In this document: one piece after another, positions 1 through 13,209 of the stretch
Layout of the letters: every line of letters begins with the position of its first letter
Numbering within the stretch: position 1 is the stretch's first letter
From: an uncultured beta proteobacterium
Lineage (GTDB): Bacteria; Pseudomonadota; Gammaproteobacteria; Burkholderiales; SG8-39
Length of the DNA stretch: 64,000 bases
Reading direction: 5' to 3'
NCBI GenBank assembly: GCA_963744255.1
Contig: CAVUSZ010000038.1
Coordinates: forward strand, 43-64,042
The notes under the pieces: generated by a model
What the model was told of the DNA's origin: nothing
What the model saw: only the letters and a program-made list of their open reading frames with translations
Databases searched by the model: none
Position numbers and translations under genes: made by a program

Positions 1-314
1 GGCGGTTGCGGGTGTACGGCCGCACCTGGGTCGGCCAGCGTCCCGCATCGACCGCCTTCGCCCAGCCCTCGCTCACCAGCACCGCGGCGACTTTCGAGCT
101 CGTAGACCGCGCTGTACTTCGGCTCGCCCTCGGCGACGATCGTCTTCCTCTCGCCGCCGATGATCATGGTCAGCGGTTCGGTCGTGCAGCGCCGCGCGGA
201 GATGACGCCCGGCACCTTGAGGATGAGCGGGATGTGCTCGGTGTCGTAGACCTCGTTGAACAGCGCTTCCTTGTCCGGGTCCACGTCCATGCTGGCGATG
301 AAGAGGTAGGGCAT
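1..314 (-). CDS. EthD/DUF4286-like alpha-beta barrel protein, runs off window edge, one frameshift
   Basis: Manual translation MPYLFIASMDVDPDKEALFNEVYDTEHIPLILKVPGVISARR...EPKYSAVYELES; not in ORF track. Confidence 0.65.
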   Translation of the reverse strand, partial: MPYLFIASMDVDPDKEALFNEVYDTEHIPLILKVPGVISARRCTTEPLTMIIGGERKTIVAEGEPKYSAVYELESRRGAGERGLGEGGRCGTLADPGAAVHPQP

Positions 315-374
315 CGTCGTATCAGCTCCGTGCGGCTTTCCGCCGTGCCTTGCCGAGGGCTTCCATCGCCGTTC

Positions 375-782
375 TCACTTGCGCCCGCGGGCCGGCGCTT
401 TCGCGTCGCGGGTCTCGAATTTCGCCGGCGCGACCACCTCGATCATCTCGAGGTCCTGCGAATGCGCAAGCTCGCGGTGCCGGATGCTCGGCGGTTGGTA
501 GAAGCAGGTGCCCGCGCGCATCGTACGCTTCCCGACGCCCTCGTACTCGAACTTCACCCAGCCCTTGAGCACGTACACGAACTGCACATCGCAGTCATGA
601 TAGTGCCACTCGCCATGCGGTGCCTTCCCCGGCCGCGCGCGGATGACGTGCGCGACCACCTTGCCGCGGGTGGCGCGCTCGATGCCGAGGTCGCGGTACT
701 CGAAGTAGCTGCGCAGGCCGCGCCGCTCGAATTTGGAGCGGGCGCGGTGGCTGACGTTGAACCGCTGGGCGCGTGCGTTCAC
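375..782 (-). CDS. Cupin domain protein
   Basis: WHYHDCDVQFVYVLKGW and PPSIRH cupin motifs. Confidence 0.85.
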   Translation of the reverse strand: MNARAQRFNVSHRARSKFERRGLRSYFEYRDLGIERATRGKVVAHVIRARPGKAPHGEWHYHDCDVQFVYVLKGWVKFEYEGVGKRTMRAGTCFYQPPSIRHRELAHSQDLEMIEVVAPAKFETRDAKAPARGRK

Positions 783-895
783 TGGGATCCTCCTTCCGCG
801 AGAGTCACCGGATTGTCGCGCAACGCCCGCGGGGGTGCTGACAACCGCCGGCGTTTGGAGTACAACCCGCGGACCCGAAGGAGGGACTCGCTACC

Positions 896-1873
896 ATGAG
901 GATGAAGCTCGCCAGGCGGCGTTGTGCGCCGCGCTCGCCGCGTTTGCGCAGCATTCGCTCGCGCAGGCTTTCCCCGAACGAAGCCGATGAAGATCATCGT
1001 GCCGTTCCCGGCCGGCGGGACCACCGACATCGTCGCCCGGCTGGTCGCCCAGCGGATGACGGAGACGCATCGGTCAGCCGGTGGTGGTCGAAAACCGCGG
1101 CGGCGCCGGCGGCCAACTCGGCGCCGAGGTCGTCGCGAAGTCACCGCCCGACGGCTACACGATCCTGATGCACAACGTCACGTTCCCGATGGCCTCGGCG
1201 GCCGCCCAGATCGCCAACCGGCCGCTGTACAACGTCGACACCGATTTCGCCGGGAATCTCGATCGCCGTCTTCGTGCCGCTGGTGATCACCGCAAGCCCG
1301 ACGATCCCGTCCAGGGACCTGAAGGAGCTCGCCGCGTTCCTGCAAACCAACAAGAACGTCCACTACAGCTACGGCTCGACCGGGCCGGGATCGTTCATGC
1401 ACGTGATCGGCGAAGCGTTCAAGCGCGAAGCGAACGTCGAGATGACGCATGTGCCTCTCAAGGGCGCCGCGCCACTCAAGCAGGAGCTGCTCGCCGGCCG
1501 GCTGCAGGTCGGCGGCGATCAGCTCTCGTCGTCGCTCGCGGACATCAAGGCCGGCAAGCTGCGCGCACTGGCGACGAACGCCTCCAAGCGCATCCACGAG
1601 CTGCCCGACGTGCCGACGGTGCGGGAGCTGGGCTACCCGGGCCTCGAGGCCGACGGCTGGAACGGCCTGTTCGCGCCGGCCAAGACGCCGCGCGACGTGA
1701 TCGACCGCCTGCAGCGCGAGACCGCGGCGGCGGTGAAGAATCCCGAGGTGGTGAAGCGGTTCGCCGATATCGGCGCCGAGCCGGTCGGCTCCTCGTCCGC
1801 CGACCAGGACGCGATCCTGAAGAAGCAGCTCGCGCAGTTCCGGCCGATCATCAAGGAGATGAAGATCGATTAG
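896..1873 (+). CDS. Bug/TctC tripartite tricarboxylate transporter substrate-binding protein (frameshifted)
   Basis: [37 protein letters not shown] across several frames. Confidence 0.9.
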
Positions 1874-1916
1874 AGGACGCGCGCCTCGCGTAGCAGCCTA
1901 TCGGCGCGCTGCCCCC

Positions 1917-2318
1917 TCACCTCGAACGGAGCACCATCTGCGTCTGGATCGTGAGCGAGAGCAGCCGGCCGGTCTCGTCGGTGACCCGCGTCTGCCAGAC
2001 CATCGTTGTCTTCCCGCGGTGCAACGGCGTTGCCTCGGCGCGCACCACGCCCGAACGCCCCGCGGCGAAGAAGTTGGTCTTTGACTCGAGCGTACTCGTC
2101 GTCGCGCCGGCGGGCAGGTTGACGATCGTCGCCGCCGCGCCCACGGTGTCGGCGAACGCCATGAGCGCTCCGCCGTGAAGCGCGCCCCCGATAGTGCGCA
2201 GATCGTCGCGGATGGGCAGCTCGGCCACCACGCGATCGGGGCTCGCCTCGACGAACCGCATGCCGAGCAGCGCCGGCAGCGTGCCGCTCAGCCTGGCATT
2301 GAGATCGTCGGCGTCCAT
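1917..2318 (-). CDS. PaaI family thioesterase
   Basis: LHGGALMAFADT hot-dog motif. Confidence 0.9.
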   Translation of the reverse strand: MDADDLNARLSGTLPALLGMRFVEASPDRVVAELPIRDDLRTIGGALHGGALMAFADTVGAAATIVNLPAGATTSTLESKTNFFAAGRSGVVRAEATPLHRGKTTMVWQTRVTDETGRLLSLTIQTQMVLRSR

Positions 2319-2334
2319 CCCGGGGGATTATCGG

Positions 2335-3252
2335 TCAGGATCGCCGCGCCGCGCCGGCGCACGCTCTCGCGACCGATGCGCGGATGATCTCGGCGAGCCG
2401 CCGCTCGTCGCGCCCGGCGTAGTCGGGGTCCGCGAATACGAGATAGAGATCGGCCCAGCGCTCGGCTCCTTCCCTGAGCGGCAGCGGCCTCAGGACGCCG
2501 GCCGCGAGCTCGTCGCGGACGTTCTCCTCGGGATACCACGCGAATCCGAGCCCCATGGTGGCGGCCCGAATCGAAGTCGCTTTGTGGCTGACGGTCCAGC
2601 GCTGCTCGGCGCCGGCCCAGAGCCCCGGCCGGGTGCGCTCGATGCCGGAATCGCGGATGACGAGGTGCCGATGCCGCCGGAGATCGCGGTCGGTGAGCTC
2701 CCGGTCGAGCTGGTGCAGCGGGTGGTCCGGGTGCGCGCAGGCGATCAACCGCAGTCGCAGGAGCAGGTCACCGAGGAAACCCTCCGGCACCTGCGAGACG
2801 ATCGCGAGATCGACCTGGCGCGCTTCGAGCGCCTCGTCGGTGCCGCCGAGCACCGTCTCGTAGAGCTCGATGCGCGTCTCGGGCCGCTCGGCGGCGAAGT
2901 CGCGGAGGCACTCGAGCAGCAGCCAGGTCGGGAAGATCACCTCCACCGCGAGCTGCAGCTCCGGCTTCCAGTCCGCCGCCATGGCCTTGGCGCCCTGCTC
3001 TAGCGCCGCCGCTTCCTCGACGAGCGTGCGCGCACGGCGAACGAGCACTTGGCCGGCCTCGGTGAGCACCGCCTTGCGGCCGCGGATCTCGAACACCTTC
3101 ACGCCGAGCGCGGACTCGATCTTTTGCACGGCGTAGGTCACGGCCGATTGGCTCTTGTGCAGGGCGTCGGCCGCTTGCGCATAACCGCCCGCCTCGACGA
3201 CCGCGAGCAGGGCGCGCCACTGGTCGAGCGCGACGCGAGGGGTCGTCGCCAT
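2335..3252 (-). CDS. LysR family regulator, divergent from azoR
   Basis: HTH AADALHKSQSAVTYAVQKIE; 305 aa. Confidence 0.95.
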   Translation of the reverse strand: MATTPRVALDQWRALLAVVEAGGYAQAADALHKSQSAVTYAVQKIESALGVKVFEIRGRKAVLTEAGQVLVRRARTLVEEAAALEQGAKAMAADWKPELQLAVEVIFPTWLLLECLRDFAAERPETRIELYETVLGGTDEALEARQVDLAIVSQVPEGFLGDLLLRLRLIACAHPDHPLHQLDRELTDRDLRRHRHLVIRDSGIERTRPGLWAGAEQRWTVSHKATSIRAATMGLGFAWYPEENVRDELAAGVLRPLPLREGAERWADLYLVFADPDYAGRDERRLAEIIRASVARACAGAARRS

Positions 3253-3254
3253 CT

Positions 3255-3269
3255 ATCTAATGGTTCGAT
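3255..3269. promoter_or_regulatory. LysR-type T-N11-A box (ATC-N9-GAT)
   Basis: ATCTAATGGTTCGAT in AT-rich divergent intergenic region. Confidence 0.6.
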
Positions 3270-3339
3270 CAGTTAGGCCGAAATCTTCTACTTTTTTATC
3301 TGATCAGTAAATACGAATATGGAGGCACTCAACTAGGAG

Positions 3340-3966
3340 ATGCTCATGAAAACCCTGCTCCAGCTCAACACCAGCCTCTTTTCCGACGGTGGCCAGTCGA
3401 GCCGCCTCGCCCGCGAGTTCGTCGCCGAATGGCGGGCGCAAAACCCGGGCACGGCCGTTCTCACCCGGGACCTCGCCCGGGACCCGGTGCCCCACCTGAC
3501 CGCCGAACGCTTCCAGTCGTTCCTGACCCCGGCAGGCGAGCGCAGCCCCGAGCAGCAAGCCGTCGTCGGCTATTCCGACACGCTGATCGACGAGCTGCGT
3601 CGCGCCGACGTCATCGTGATCGGGTTGCCGATGTACAACTTCGGCGTGCCGTCGACGCTCAAGGCCTACTTCGATCACATCGCGCGCGCGGGGGTTACCT
3701 TCCGCTACACCGAGAAGGGGTCGCAGGGGCTGCTTACCGGGAAGAAAGCGTACGTGTTCGCTACGCGCGGCGGCCGGTATGCCGGGACCGCGGGCGACAG
3801 CGAAACCGCGTTCGTCCGGCAGTTCCTGGGCTTCCTGGGAATCGACGACGTCGAGTTCGTCTACGCCGAAGGCCTGGCGATCGATGAGGGAAGCAAGAAG
3901 GCGGCGCTCGCGCGCGCGGAGCGCGCCATCGCGCGGCTGGTCACGCCGGAGGCGCTGGCGGCCTGA
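3340..3966 (+). CDS. azoR: FMN-dependent NADH-azoreductase
   Basis: PMYNFGVPSTLKAYFDHIARAGVTFRYTEKG, TRGG, YAEGL. Confidence 0.95.
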   Translation: MLMKTLLQLNTSLFSDGGQSSRLAREFVAEWRAQNPGTAVLTRDLARDPVPHLTAERFQSFLTPAGERSPEQQAVVGYSDTLIDELRRADVIVIGLPMYNFGVPSTLKAYFDHIARAGVTFRYTEKGSQGLLTGKKAYVFATRGGRYAGTAGDSETAFVRQFLGFLGIDDVEFVYAEGLAIDEGSKKAALARAERAIARLVTPEALAA

Positions 3967-3970
3967 GGGC

Positions 3971-4811
3971 TCAGCCGAGCACTGCCAGGTCCGCGGCGGC
4001 GAGCTTCAACGCCGCCGCGGCAACGTTCTCCTCGAGGTGCGGGATCGACGCGGTCCCAGGGATCGGGAGCATTACCGGCGAACGGGCGAGCAGCCACGCG
4101 AGCGCTACCTGCGACGGTGTCGCGCCCTGCACGGGCAGCCATCCGTCGCACCTTCGATGACCGGAGCACCCGCCCGGCGCCGAGGGGGTACCACGGGAGG
4201 AAAGCGATCCGCGCCTGCTCGCACGCGGCGAGCACGTCCTCGGAGCCGCGGTCCTCGAGGTTGTAGCGGTTCTGCACGGCGACGATAGGCGCAATACGGC
4301 GCGCCTCGGCGAGCTGGCGGAGCGTGACGTTCGATACGCCGAGGTGGCGGATCTTGCCCGCACGCTGCGCGCCGGCGAGAGCGCCAATCGATTCGGCGAA
4401 CGGCACCCGTGGATCCGGGGCGTGGAACTGATAGAGGTCGATCCGCTCGAGCTTGAGGCGCCTCAGGCTGCCGTCGAGCGCGCGCAGCAGATGCTCCGGC
4501 CGCCCATCCGGATCCCAGGCGTGGCGCGTCGGCCGCACGAGCCCGCCCTTCGTGCCGATCACCAGCCCGGGGGGATAGGGATGGAGCGCTTCGGCGATCA
4601 GCGTCTCGTCCACCTCCGGCCCATAGCTGTCGGCGGTGTCGAAGAAGTTCACGCCGAGCTCGATCGCGCGCCGGAGCACCCGGTGGGCCGCGGCGCGATC
4701 CTTCGGTGGACCCCAGATGTCCGGGCCGCAGACCCGCATCGCACCGAACCCCATGCGGTTCACGGTGAGGTCGCCGAGGCGCACCGTGCCGGCTGCCGCG
4801 GCAGGCGTCAT
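3971..4811 (-). CDS. Aldo/keto reductase (frameshift near 3' end)
   Basis: [28 protein letters not shown]. Confidence 0.9.
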
Positions 4812-5253
4812 CCGAGCGCCTTCCTGAAGCACGCCACCTCGATGATGCGCAGATCCATCGCGGTCCTCGTCGGCTCGCCGGGGGACCTGATCTTCGCCCG
4901 CGAGCGGGCTCACCGGCAAGCGATCAGGCAGCCAGCGGCTCGAACGCGGCGAGGGTCGCCCCGACGGCGTACTCGACGCCCTCGGCCTCCACCCGCGGCG
5001 GCCGCTCGCCGAAGAAGCGGGCGATGGTCGCGATGACCTCCCCGACGCTCGCCGCAGCAAACTCGCCCGACATCGCCGCGAGGTCCTCGAGCCGGCGGCC
5101 GCCGATCTCGCGCCCGCCGCCGGCGGGCGACCGCGCAATGACCCGCTCGACGGTGCGCTGCGCGTAGTCCGGGTCGCTGCGCCAGCCGCGGTCGCCTGCG
5201 GCCGGGCCTAGTCTCGAGAAAGCCGGGGCGCTGATCAGGAATTTCGCTTGCAT
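4808..5253 (-). CDS. Hypothetical protein (probable frameshift)
   Basis: AGAGG RBS before MQAKFLIS; inferred stop overlaps AKR start as ATGA. Confidence 0.5.
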
Positions 5254-5437
5254 GGCCGCTCCTCTGGGCTGTGGACGGGACGGAGGAATTATTTCCTCTT
5301 CGGCGCGCGGGGCGAATCGACCCAAGGCATAGGCCGTCGTAAGCCAAAGGTATTAGTCCGCATGATCCAGCTCGACCGAGGCGCCGTATACTGAGTGCGG
5401 GGTGGAACTACCCGGTTGGAAAAGAAAAGGGTTAAGA

Positions 5438-5884
5438 ATGAACGTCCTGCCTGAATGGGTCATCGTCGCGCTGTGCGCGGCGATCGCCCCCGTACAGCCC
5501 CCGGCCGACCGCGCGAGGGCGCTGCGCGCACGGATCCTCGCCCGCGCTGCCGCCCCCGGGTTCGTCACCATTCCGGCCAGCGACGAGGGTTGGCTCGAGG
5601 TACTGCCGAGGGTCCGGGTGAAGCTGCTGTACACCGACGGCACGGCGCAGTCCTACCTCGTCCGGCTCGAGCCCGGAGCCCGTGCGCCGGCCCACGACCA
5701 TCCGGCGAGCGAAGAGTGCATCGTCCTCGAGGGTGAAGTGCGGTACCTCGGCGGATCGACGCTGCGCGCGGGGGACTACGAAGTCGCGCACGAGGGCGCG
5801 CACCATACCGAGCTCGTCAGCGACACCGGCGCGCTCGTCTTTCTGCGCTACGCGCTGCCGCTGGAGAACTACATCCGGCTCTAG
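5438..5884 (+). CDS. ChrR-like cupin domain protein
   Basis: PAHDHPASEECIVLEG...GDY...HH. Confidence 0.8.
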   Translation: MNVLPEWVIVALCAAIAPVQPPADRARALRARILARAAAPGFVTIPASDEGWLEVLPRVRVKLLYTDGTAQSYLVRLEPGARAPAHDHPASEECIVLEGEVRYLGGSTLRAGDYEVAHEGAHHTELVSDTGALVFLRYALPLENYIRL

Positions 5885-7182
5885 CTCGAACGCTTCATCG
5901 CGGTGAACGCCTCGTCCGCGACCTCGAGCGTGCGTTCGACGTCGGCGTCGGTGTGGGCGATCGAGATGTAGATCTTCTCGTTGGGATTGACCAGGATCCC
6001 GCGCCGGATCATCTCCAGCGCCCAGCGAAGCCCGAGCTCCTTGTCGGCGGTCGTGAGATCCATCCAGGTGCGCAAGGGCTTGCGGGCGGTGAAGCGCACG
6101 CCGAACACCGCGTCCTCGCCGGGCGTCTGCACCGCGAACCCGTGGCGCTCGCCGGCAGCGACGATGCCCGCGCGCAGCCGCGACCCGGTCCGGTGCAGCC
6201 GTTCGTAGACGCCGGGCTGCGACAGCGCGGCTAGCGCGGCGCAGCCGGCCGTGGCGCCGATCGGATTGCGGGCGAGCGTGTGGGTCGCCCAGACGACCTC
6301 CGCGCGTGGGCGCTTGCGCACGTCGAGCACCGCCATCACGTCCGCCTTGCCGACGACCGCCGCCATCGGAAAGCCGCCGCTCATCGCCTTGCCGTAGCAG
6401 GCGACATCGGGCACGACGCCGTAGCGTTCCTGCGCGCCGCCCCACGCGATCCGGAATCCGGTCACGATCTCGTCGAACACCAGCACGATGCCGTGTTTCT
6501 GCGTCACCTCGCGCAGTGCCTGGAGGAAACCCGGCTCCGGCAACAGGACGCGCTGGAGCGGCTCCACGATGACCGCGGCGAGCTCCGCGGCGTGGCGCTC
6601 GATCATCTCGACCGCGCGGGCGGTCTCGTTGAACGGCGTCACCAGGACCGTGTCGCCCGCCTGGGCGGGGATTCCCACCGAATCGGGCTTCGCGCGCGGA
6701 TAGTCGGACGGCGCCACCGGCACCGTGCCCCACAAGCTGTAGTCGTGCATGCCGTGCCACGAGCCCTCGAACTTGAGAATCCTCGTCCGTTTCGTGTAGG
6801 CGCGCGCGATGCGCAGGCTGTAGAACGTCGCCTCGGTGCCCGAGCCGGTGTAATGCACCACCTCCCCGCACGGCACGGATTCGACGAGCCGCCTCGCGAG
6901 CGCGATCTCGGGCTCGGCGAGGAAGTAGTAGGCGGTGCCCTTCCCGAGCCGCGCGGCGACCGCTTCCACGACCCCGGGATGCGCATGGCCGAGCAGCGCC
7001 GGACCGGAGCTCAAGTGATAGTCGATGTACTCCTTCCCTGCGACGCTCCAGACGCGGCTGCCCTGTCCGCGCTCGACGACGAGGTTGAGATCCGGCGGTA
7101 GCTGGAAGAGCCCGAGGCCCCCGCCGGCGAGATAGTTGCCCGCGTCGGCGAGCTGTGCGGCCTGTCGGTCCGAAGGTGTCAT
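5881..7182 (-). CDS. Class III PLP aminotransferase (GSA aminomutase-like)
   Basis: SGTEAT, FDEIVTGFR, YGKAMSGG. Confidence 0.9.
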   Translation of the reverse strand: MTPSDRQAAQLADAGNYLAGGGLGLFQLPPDLNLVVERGQGSRVWSVAGKEYIDYHLSSGPALLGHAHPGVVEAVAARLGKGTAYYFLAEPEIALARRLVESVPCGEVVHYTGSGTEATFYSLRIARAYTKRTRILKFEGSWHGMHDYSLWGTVPVAPSDYPRAKPDSVGIPAQAGDTVLVTPFNETARAVEMIERHAAELAAVIVEPLQRVLLPEPGFLQALREVTQKHGIVLVFDEIVTGFRIAWGGAQERYGVVPDVACYGKAMSGGFPMAAVVGKADVMAVLDVRKRPRAEVVWATHTLARNPIGATAGCAALAALSQPGVYERLHRTGSRLRAGIVAAGERHGFAVQTPGEDAVFGVRFTARKPLRTWMDLTTADKELGLRWALEMIRRGILVNPNEKIYISIAHTDADVERTLEVADEAFTAMKRSS

Positions 7183-7183
7183 G

Positions 7184-7594
7184 TCAGCGTCCCTGGTTCT
7201 GGTCGAGCCGGATTTCCACATTGTCAGACGGCGCGCCCTGGGTGAGTACGCTGTGGCGTACCGTATTCAAGAACAGGATCCGTTCCCCGGCGCGCAGTTC
7301 CGCGCTCACCGCATAGCGCATCCGCTCATCGATCCGCGCTGCATCGTACGAAAGCTTGTACGGCAGCGGGCTCTGCTGACCCTCGACCCTGAAGCGCGTC
7401 TCTGCAAGCACCGTGGCCGGGGCGTCGGCGCGCGACACGTCGATGAGCCGGACGACGGCCTCGGTCTGCGGCGGCAGGGCGATGCGCTGCCGGTAGGTCA
7501 ATGTACCGCTCAGGGTCTTCATGGCCGCCGGCGGCGGTGAGGCGGTGGTGCACGCCGCGAGCGCGGCGGCGAACGCGACGATGAGACGGCGCAT
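7184..7594 (-). CDS. YbaY/YscW family lipoprotein
   Basis: Lipobox LAAC; GTLTYRQRIALPP, DVSRADAPA. Confidence 0.9.
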   Translation of the reverse strand: MRRLIVAFAAALAACTTASPPPAAMKTLSGTLTYRQRIALPPQTEAVVRLIDVSRADAPATVLAETRFRVEGQQSPLPYKLSYDAARIDERMRYAVSAELRAGERILFLNTVRHSVLTQGAPSDNVEIRLDQNQGR

Positions 7595-7607
7595 GGCGTC
7601 AATTGCG

Positions 7608-9174
<1,567 letters not shown>

Positions 9175-9399
9175 TCAGCACGATACGAGCGGGCGGCAGC
9201 CCCTCCGCCCCGCCCTTGGGCGGCGCCACCTTCGTGCGCCCCGAAACGGGAGGCGGGTTCAGTCCAGATCCGGAAGGTGCTCTCTCGCCAAAAGCAACCG
9301 AATAGAGCGCGCTTGTCCAGGCAGGTCACGGATCCTCGCCTCGTGACTGCCCGTCCTTGCCGCGGGAAGGCCTACAGTTCCTGTTGCGGGAGGCGCTTA

Positions 9400-9414
9400 T
9401 GGCATAATATGCCA
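9400..9414. promoter_or_regulatory. Probable ParD operator overlapping -10 box
   Basis: Perfect palindrome TGGCATA-A-TATGCCA containing CATAAT, 30 bp upstream of antitoxin. Confidence 0.6.
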
Positions 9415-9443
9415 ATCGCCATCGCAGCCACCGTGGAGTGCAC

Positions 9444-9746
9444 ATGCCGACGCGCAATGTCGTCCTCACCGACTATCAGGCGGAGCTGGTCGAGCGGCTC
9501 GTTGCTTCCGGGCGTTACCAGAACGCGAGCGAGTGCTGCGCGAAGGACTGCGGTTGCTCGAGAGCCGGGAGGTCGAGGAGAAGGTCCGTCTCAGGGCGTT
9601 GCGCGAAGCCGCGCGTGTCGGCGTCGCCGACATCGACGCAGGGACGATTTCGCAGCTTCGAGTCGCCCGCCGCGCTCAAACGCCATCTTGCCTCAGTCGC
9701 TGACAGAACCATCGCCGAGAAAAGCCCCAGAACACGCTCCCGGTGA
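9444..9746 (+). CDS. ParD-family antitoxin (frameshifted)
   Basis: MPTRNVVLTD..VERLVASGRYQNASE. Confidence 0.85.
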   Translation: MPTRNVVLTDYQAELVERLVASGRYQNASECCAKDCGCSRAGRSRRRSVSGRCAKPRVSASPTSTQGRFRSFESPAALKRHLASVADRTIAEKSPRTRSR

Positions 9747-10107
9747 CGGCGGGGACGCGTCCTTGACCAGTGCGCCTCACGGCAGCCGCCGAGGCTGATT
9801 TCCAGGACATCGTGCGCTGGACGCTGGAACACTTCGGCGAGGCGCAAGCGCGCGTCTATGCCGAGACGCTGTCCACGGCGGTGGAGGCGCTCGCCGGCGG
9901 TCCGACGGTCATCGGCGCGAAAACCCGCACCGACATCGCCAAGGGACTGTACACGCTGCATGTCGCTCGCCAGGGCCGCAAAGGGCGTCATTTCGTGCTG
10001 TTCCGGGTCGGCCACGATCAGGGACGCGAGGTGATCGAGGTGCTCGACTGCTCCATGATGCGATGGACCTGCCGCGCCATCTGCCGCCCCTGGACGAGAC
10101 CGAATGA
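9743..10107 (+). CDS. RelE/ParE family toxin (frameshifted, start approximate)
   Basis: RLTAAAEADFQDIVRWTLEHFGEAQARVY...LLHDAMDLPRHL. Confidence 0.85.
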
Positions 10108-10206
10108 AGCACCCGGATGTCCCGGCGGCAGGAATGTGGGCGCTACACGCGTTTCACGCGGCTCCAGAAACTTGTCTTGCGTCCATGCTTGGCCTGGAGG
10201 TGTCGT

Positions 10207-11561
10207 TCAAGCTCGTCGTGCGTGGATAGCGCACCGTAGTCGCCGATCCTCAGCGCAAGTGAGCGGAGCTTCGCCAGGTAACGCGCCCCGTGGGCGTACG
10301 CCTGGACATAGGCCCGTGCGAGGATCGCATCCAGGAGCGCCCGATAGCAGGCGACAGCGCCCGACAGAGCCGTCCCCTTGATTCGAGCGTCTCGGCAATC
10401 GGCAGCAGGTGGTAGTAGCTTTCGCCTCGAATCGACGCTCGGCGATCGACCAGCAATCGCTCGGCGCCACGATCGTCCTCGATCGCGAGCAACAGGTGCG
10501 CGGCGCCGATCACATAGTCCGTAGCCTGCGCCCGATCCGCGCGCCTCGGCGTTTGCCGTTTCCCACTCCGGAGGCGAGTAAACATGCGCGGTACGCGAAA
10601 AGTCCTCCGCGGATCCCGTGGCCGTGAATAGTCGCCTGCGAGTATCGGTGAGCCGCTCGGCGTCCCCGAGGGCTTCGTAGGCCCGGGCGAAACCGCTGAC
10701 GCTGGTCCTCGTGAAACGCCCATTGCCCGTCGAGCCACCCGCAGCGCCTCCTGCGCGCGGCCGAAGCGCAGATAGCGATCGGCGAATTGCGCCTTTTGCA
10801 GCGGATTCGGGTCCGGGCTATACGACAGGACGGCCTTGGTCGACAAGTCCGCGGATCCTGAAGCACATCGGCCAGCAGGCATGGCCGCGCTTGCGGCGTA
10901 TCGACTATAGTCGGCCGTGTCGTGATTCGTTTCCCTCGCTGCATCGCGAGGTACAGATCGCCCTCGAACCGCCCTGCGAGCACGGCGCAGCGCCGGCTGA
11001 TCGAACAGGCTATCCGAACAGCGGAGCAATTCATCCCGGGCACCGTACTGGTCAGCCCTTACCAGGGCATGTACACGTGTTCCACCCAGTCGATCTCGGC
11101 TCGCTGGGTGCGCCTTCGCGGCCTTGAGCCAGAGCCGGCAGCCCGCGCGGCATTCGGACATCGTCAATCGCGCCGTTCGAGTCGTCAGCATGATCGAAGA
11201 AGATGTGATCCGCCTCGAGGTACGCCTCGACGAGCTCTGTGCGCCCGCGCAGGATCAATGGGCAGAAGTTCGCGCTCGATTTCGTCGAGCCAGACCTTGA
11301 GGCCTCGCCCGAAGGCGCCCGCTTCGCGCCAGCCAAAGAAGCGCGTGGCGCGCCTCCACCCCTGGAGTCGCTGACGGAAACTGGCGGCGAGCTTCGCGGG
11401 GCTGGACGCAGCTGGCGCCGGGCAAGCCGCTCTCGGTCCGCAGGGACCGTTCCGGTGGGGTCCTCGAGCAGGTAACGAGCTCGGCGCGCGCGAGCGGTCG
11501 AGAAACTCTCGCGTTGCGCAGCCTCCCCGTCTGGCGACAACGCCGTTTCCTTCTTTGCCAT
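10207..11561 (-). pseudogene. Degraded DUF6880-like helical protein
   Basis: Fragments in several frames: FFDHADDSNGAI, CRLWLKAA, IRGESYYHLLPIAE, YAHGARYL. Confidence 0.55.
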
Positions 11562-11895
11562 AATGCTTGACCGATCGGCTTCTAGTGTCGAACGGAATCG
11601 TATCAGCAGGCAATTGCAGGAAGCTGCCGGTGGGCGACACCTGGATCACCGATCTCACCCACTTCCTGGACGAGACGGGCTCGATTGCAGACATGCCACG
11701 CCCGGCGCGATTGCTTGCCGAGTTCCTCGCGCGGATCGTCATGAGCGCGACGCTTGCCGCTGCAGGCCGCGGCGATCGAGGCCGTCCATCCTGTCGGAGA
11801 CGTCCGAACAGGAAGCCCTGCCCTGGCAAGATCGAGAATTTCATCGACGCCGACAGCGGCGTCATCCGCTGGGAATGCCCGAGCTGCGGTGATAA

Positions 11896-13209
11896 GGAAG
11901 CGCGTGAAAATAACTTGATCAATTCTGTTTCTTGACCTTTAATGAGGGTATGCAGGATGCAGCTGCGCTTCGCCAGATCAAATCGCGGTATCGAGCACTT
12001 GCGCCGCTGATGGATGAGCGCATGCGCCGGCAATGGGCGGCGACGGAAGCGCAGACCTACGGGCGAGGTGGGGTGAGCGCGGTGAGCGGCGCGACGGGGA
12101 TGTCGCGCAATACCATCCGCAAGGGACTGGTCGAGCTGGCGGCGCGCAAGAAGAATCCGCGGGCGCCGGTGGCTGCGCGGATCCGCAAGCAAGGCGGCGG
12201 GCGCAAGCGGCTGACCGAAACGGATCCTGGGTTGGCGCAGGCGCTGGACCGATTGATCGAACCGAACACGCGGGGCGATCCGATGTCGCCGTTGCGCTGG
12301 ACGTGCAAGAGCACGATGAATCTGGCCGCAAGCGCTGACGCGCCAGCGGGCATCCGGTGGGCGCCTGGACGGTCGGGGCGATGCTCAAGCAGGCCGGCTA
12401 CAGCCTGCAGAGCAACCGCAAGACCAAGGAAGGCGGTTCGCATCCGGACCGCAATGCGCAGTTCGAGTATATCAACGGCTCGGTCGAGCGATTTCAGCAG
12501 CGCGGCCAGCCGGTGATCTCGGTGGATACCAAGAAGAAGGAGCTGGTCGGCCCGTTCAAGAATGGTGGGCGGGAGTGGCAGCCCAAGGGCGAGCCCGAAG
12601 AAGTGGTGATCCACGACTTCGTGGACGAGCAACTGGGCAAGGTCATTCCGTACGGGGTCTTCGACCTGAGTCTGAACGAGGGCTGGGTGAGCGTGGGCAT
12701 CGATCACGACACGGCGCAGTTCGCGGTCCAGGCCATCGGCCGATGGTGGCAGAAGATGGGGGCGAAACGCTATCCCCGAGCCCGCGAACTGCTGATCACC
12801 GCCGATGGGGGCGGCAGCAATGGCAGCCGCTGTCGCCTGTGGAAGGTGGCGCTGCAGGATCTGGCGACGCGCCTGGGGTTCCCTGTTCATGTGCGCCATT
12901 TCCCGCCCGGCACCAGCAAATGGAACAAGATCGAGCATCGCATGTTCAGCCACATCACCGAAAACTGGCGCGGTCGCCCGTTGGTGAGCCACGAGGTCAT
13001 CATCAACCTGATCGCGAACACCAGGACTCGTGCTGGACTGCGCATTCGCGCCGAGCTGGACTCGGGAAAATATCCGACCGGAATCAAAGTGCCCGACGCG
13101 CAGACTCAACGCGCTGAATCTCAAGCATGCCGAGTTTCATGGCGATTGGAACTACGCGATCCTTCCGCGGCGGAAGAAAATAATGCTCAAGTTATTTTCA
13201 CGCGACTCC
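11896..13209 (+). mobile_element. ISAzo13 family insertion sequence, 1314 bp
   Basis: IRs GGAAGCGCGTGAAAATAACTTGA / GGAGTCGCGTGAAAATAACTTGA; TAA duplication at 11893-11895 and 13210-13212. Confidence 0.92.

Noticed and set aside
5881-7182. hemL assignment
   Set aside because: The GTxSGNP motif reads HTLARNP and the N-terminus is divergent; only a family-level call is supported.
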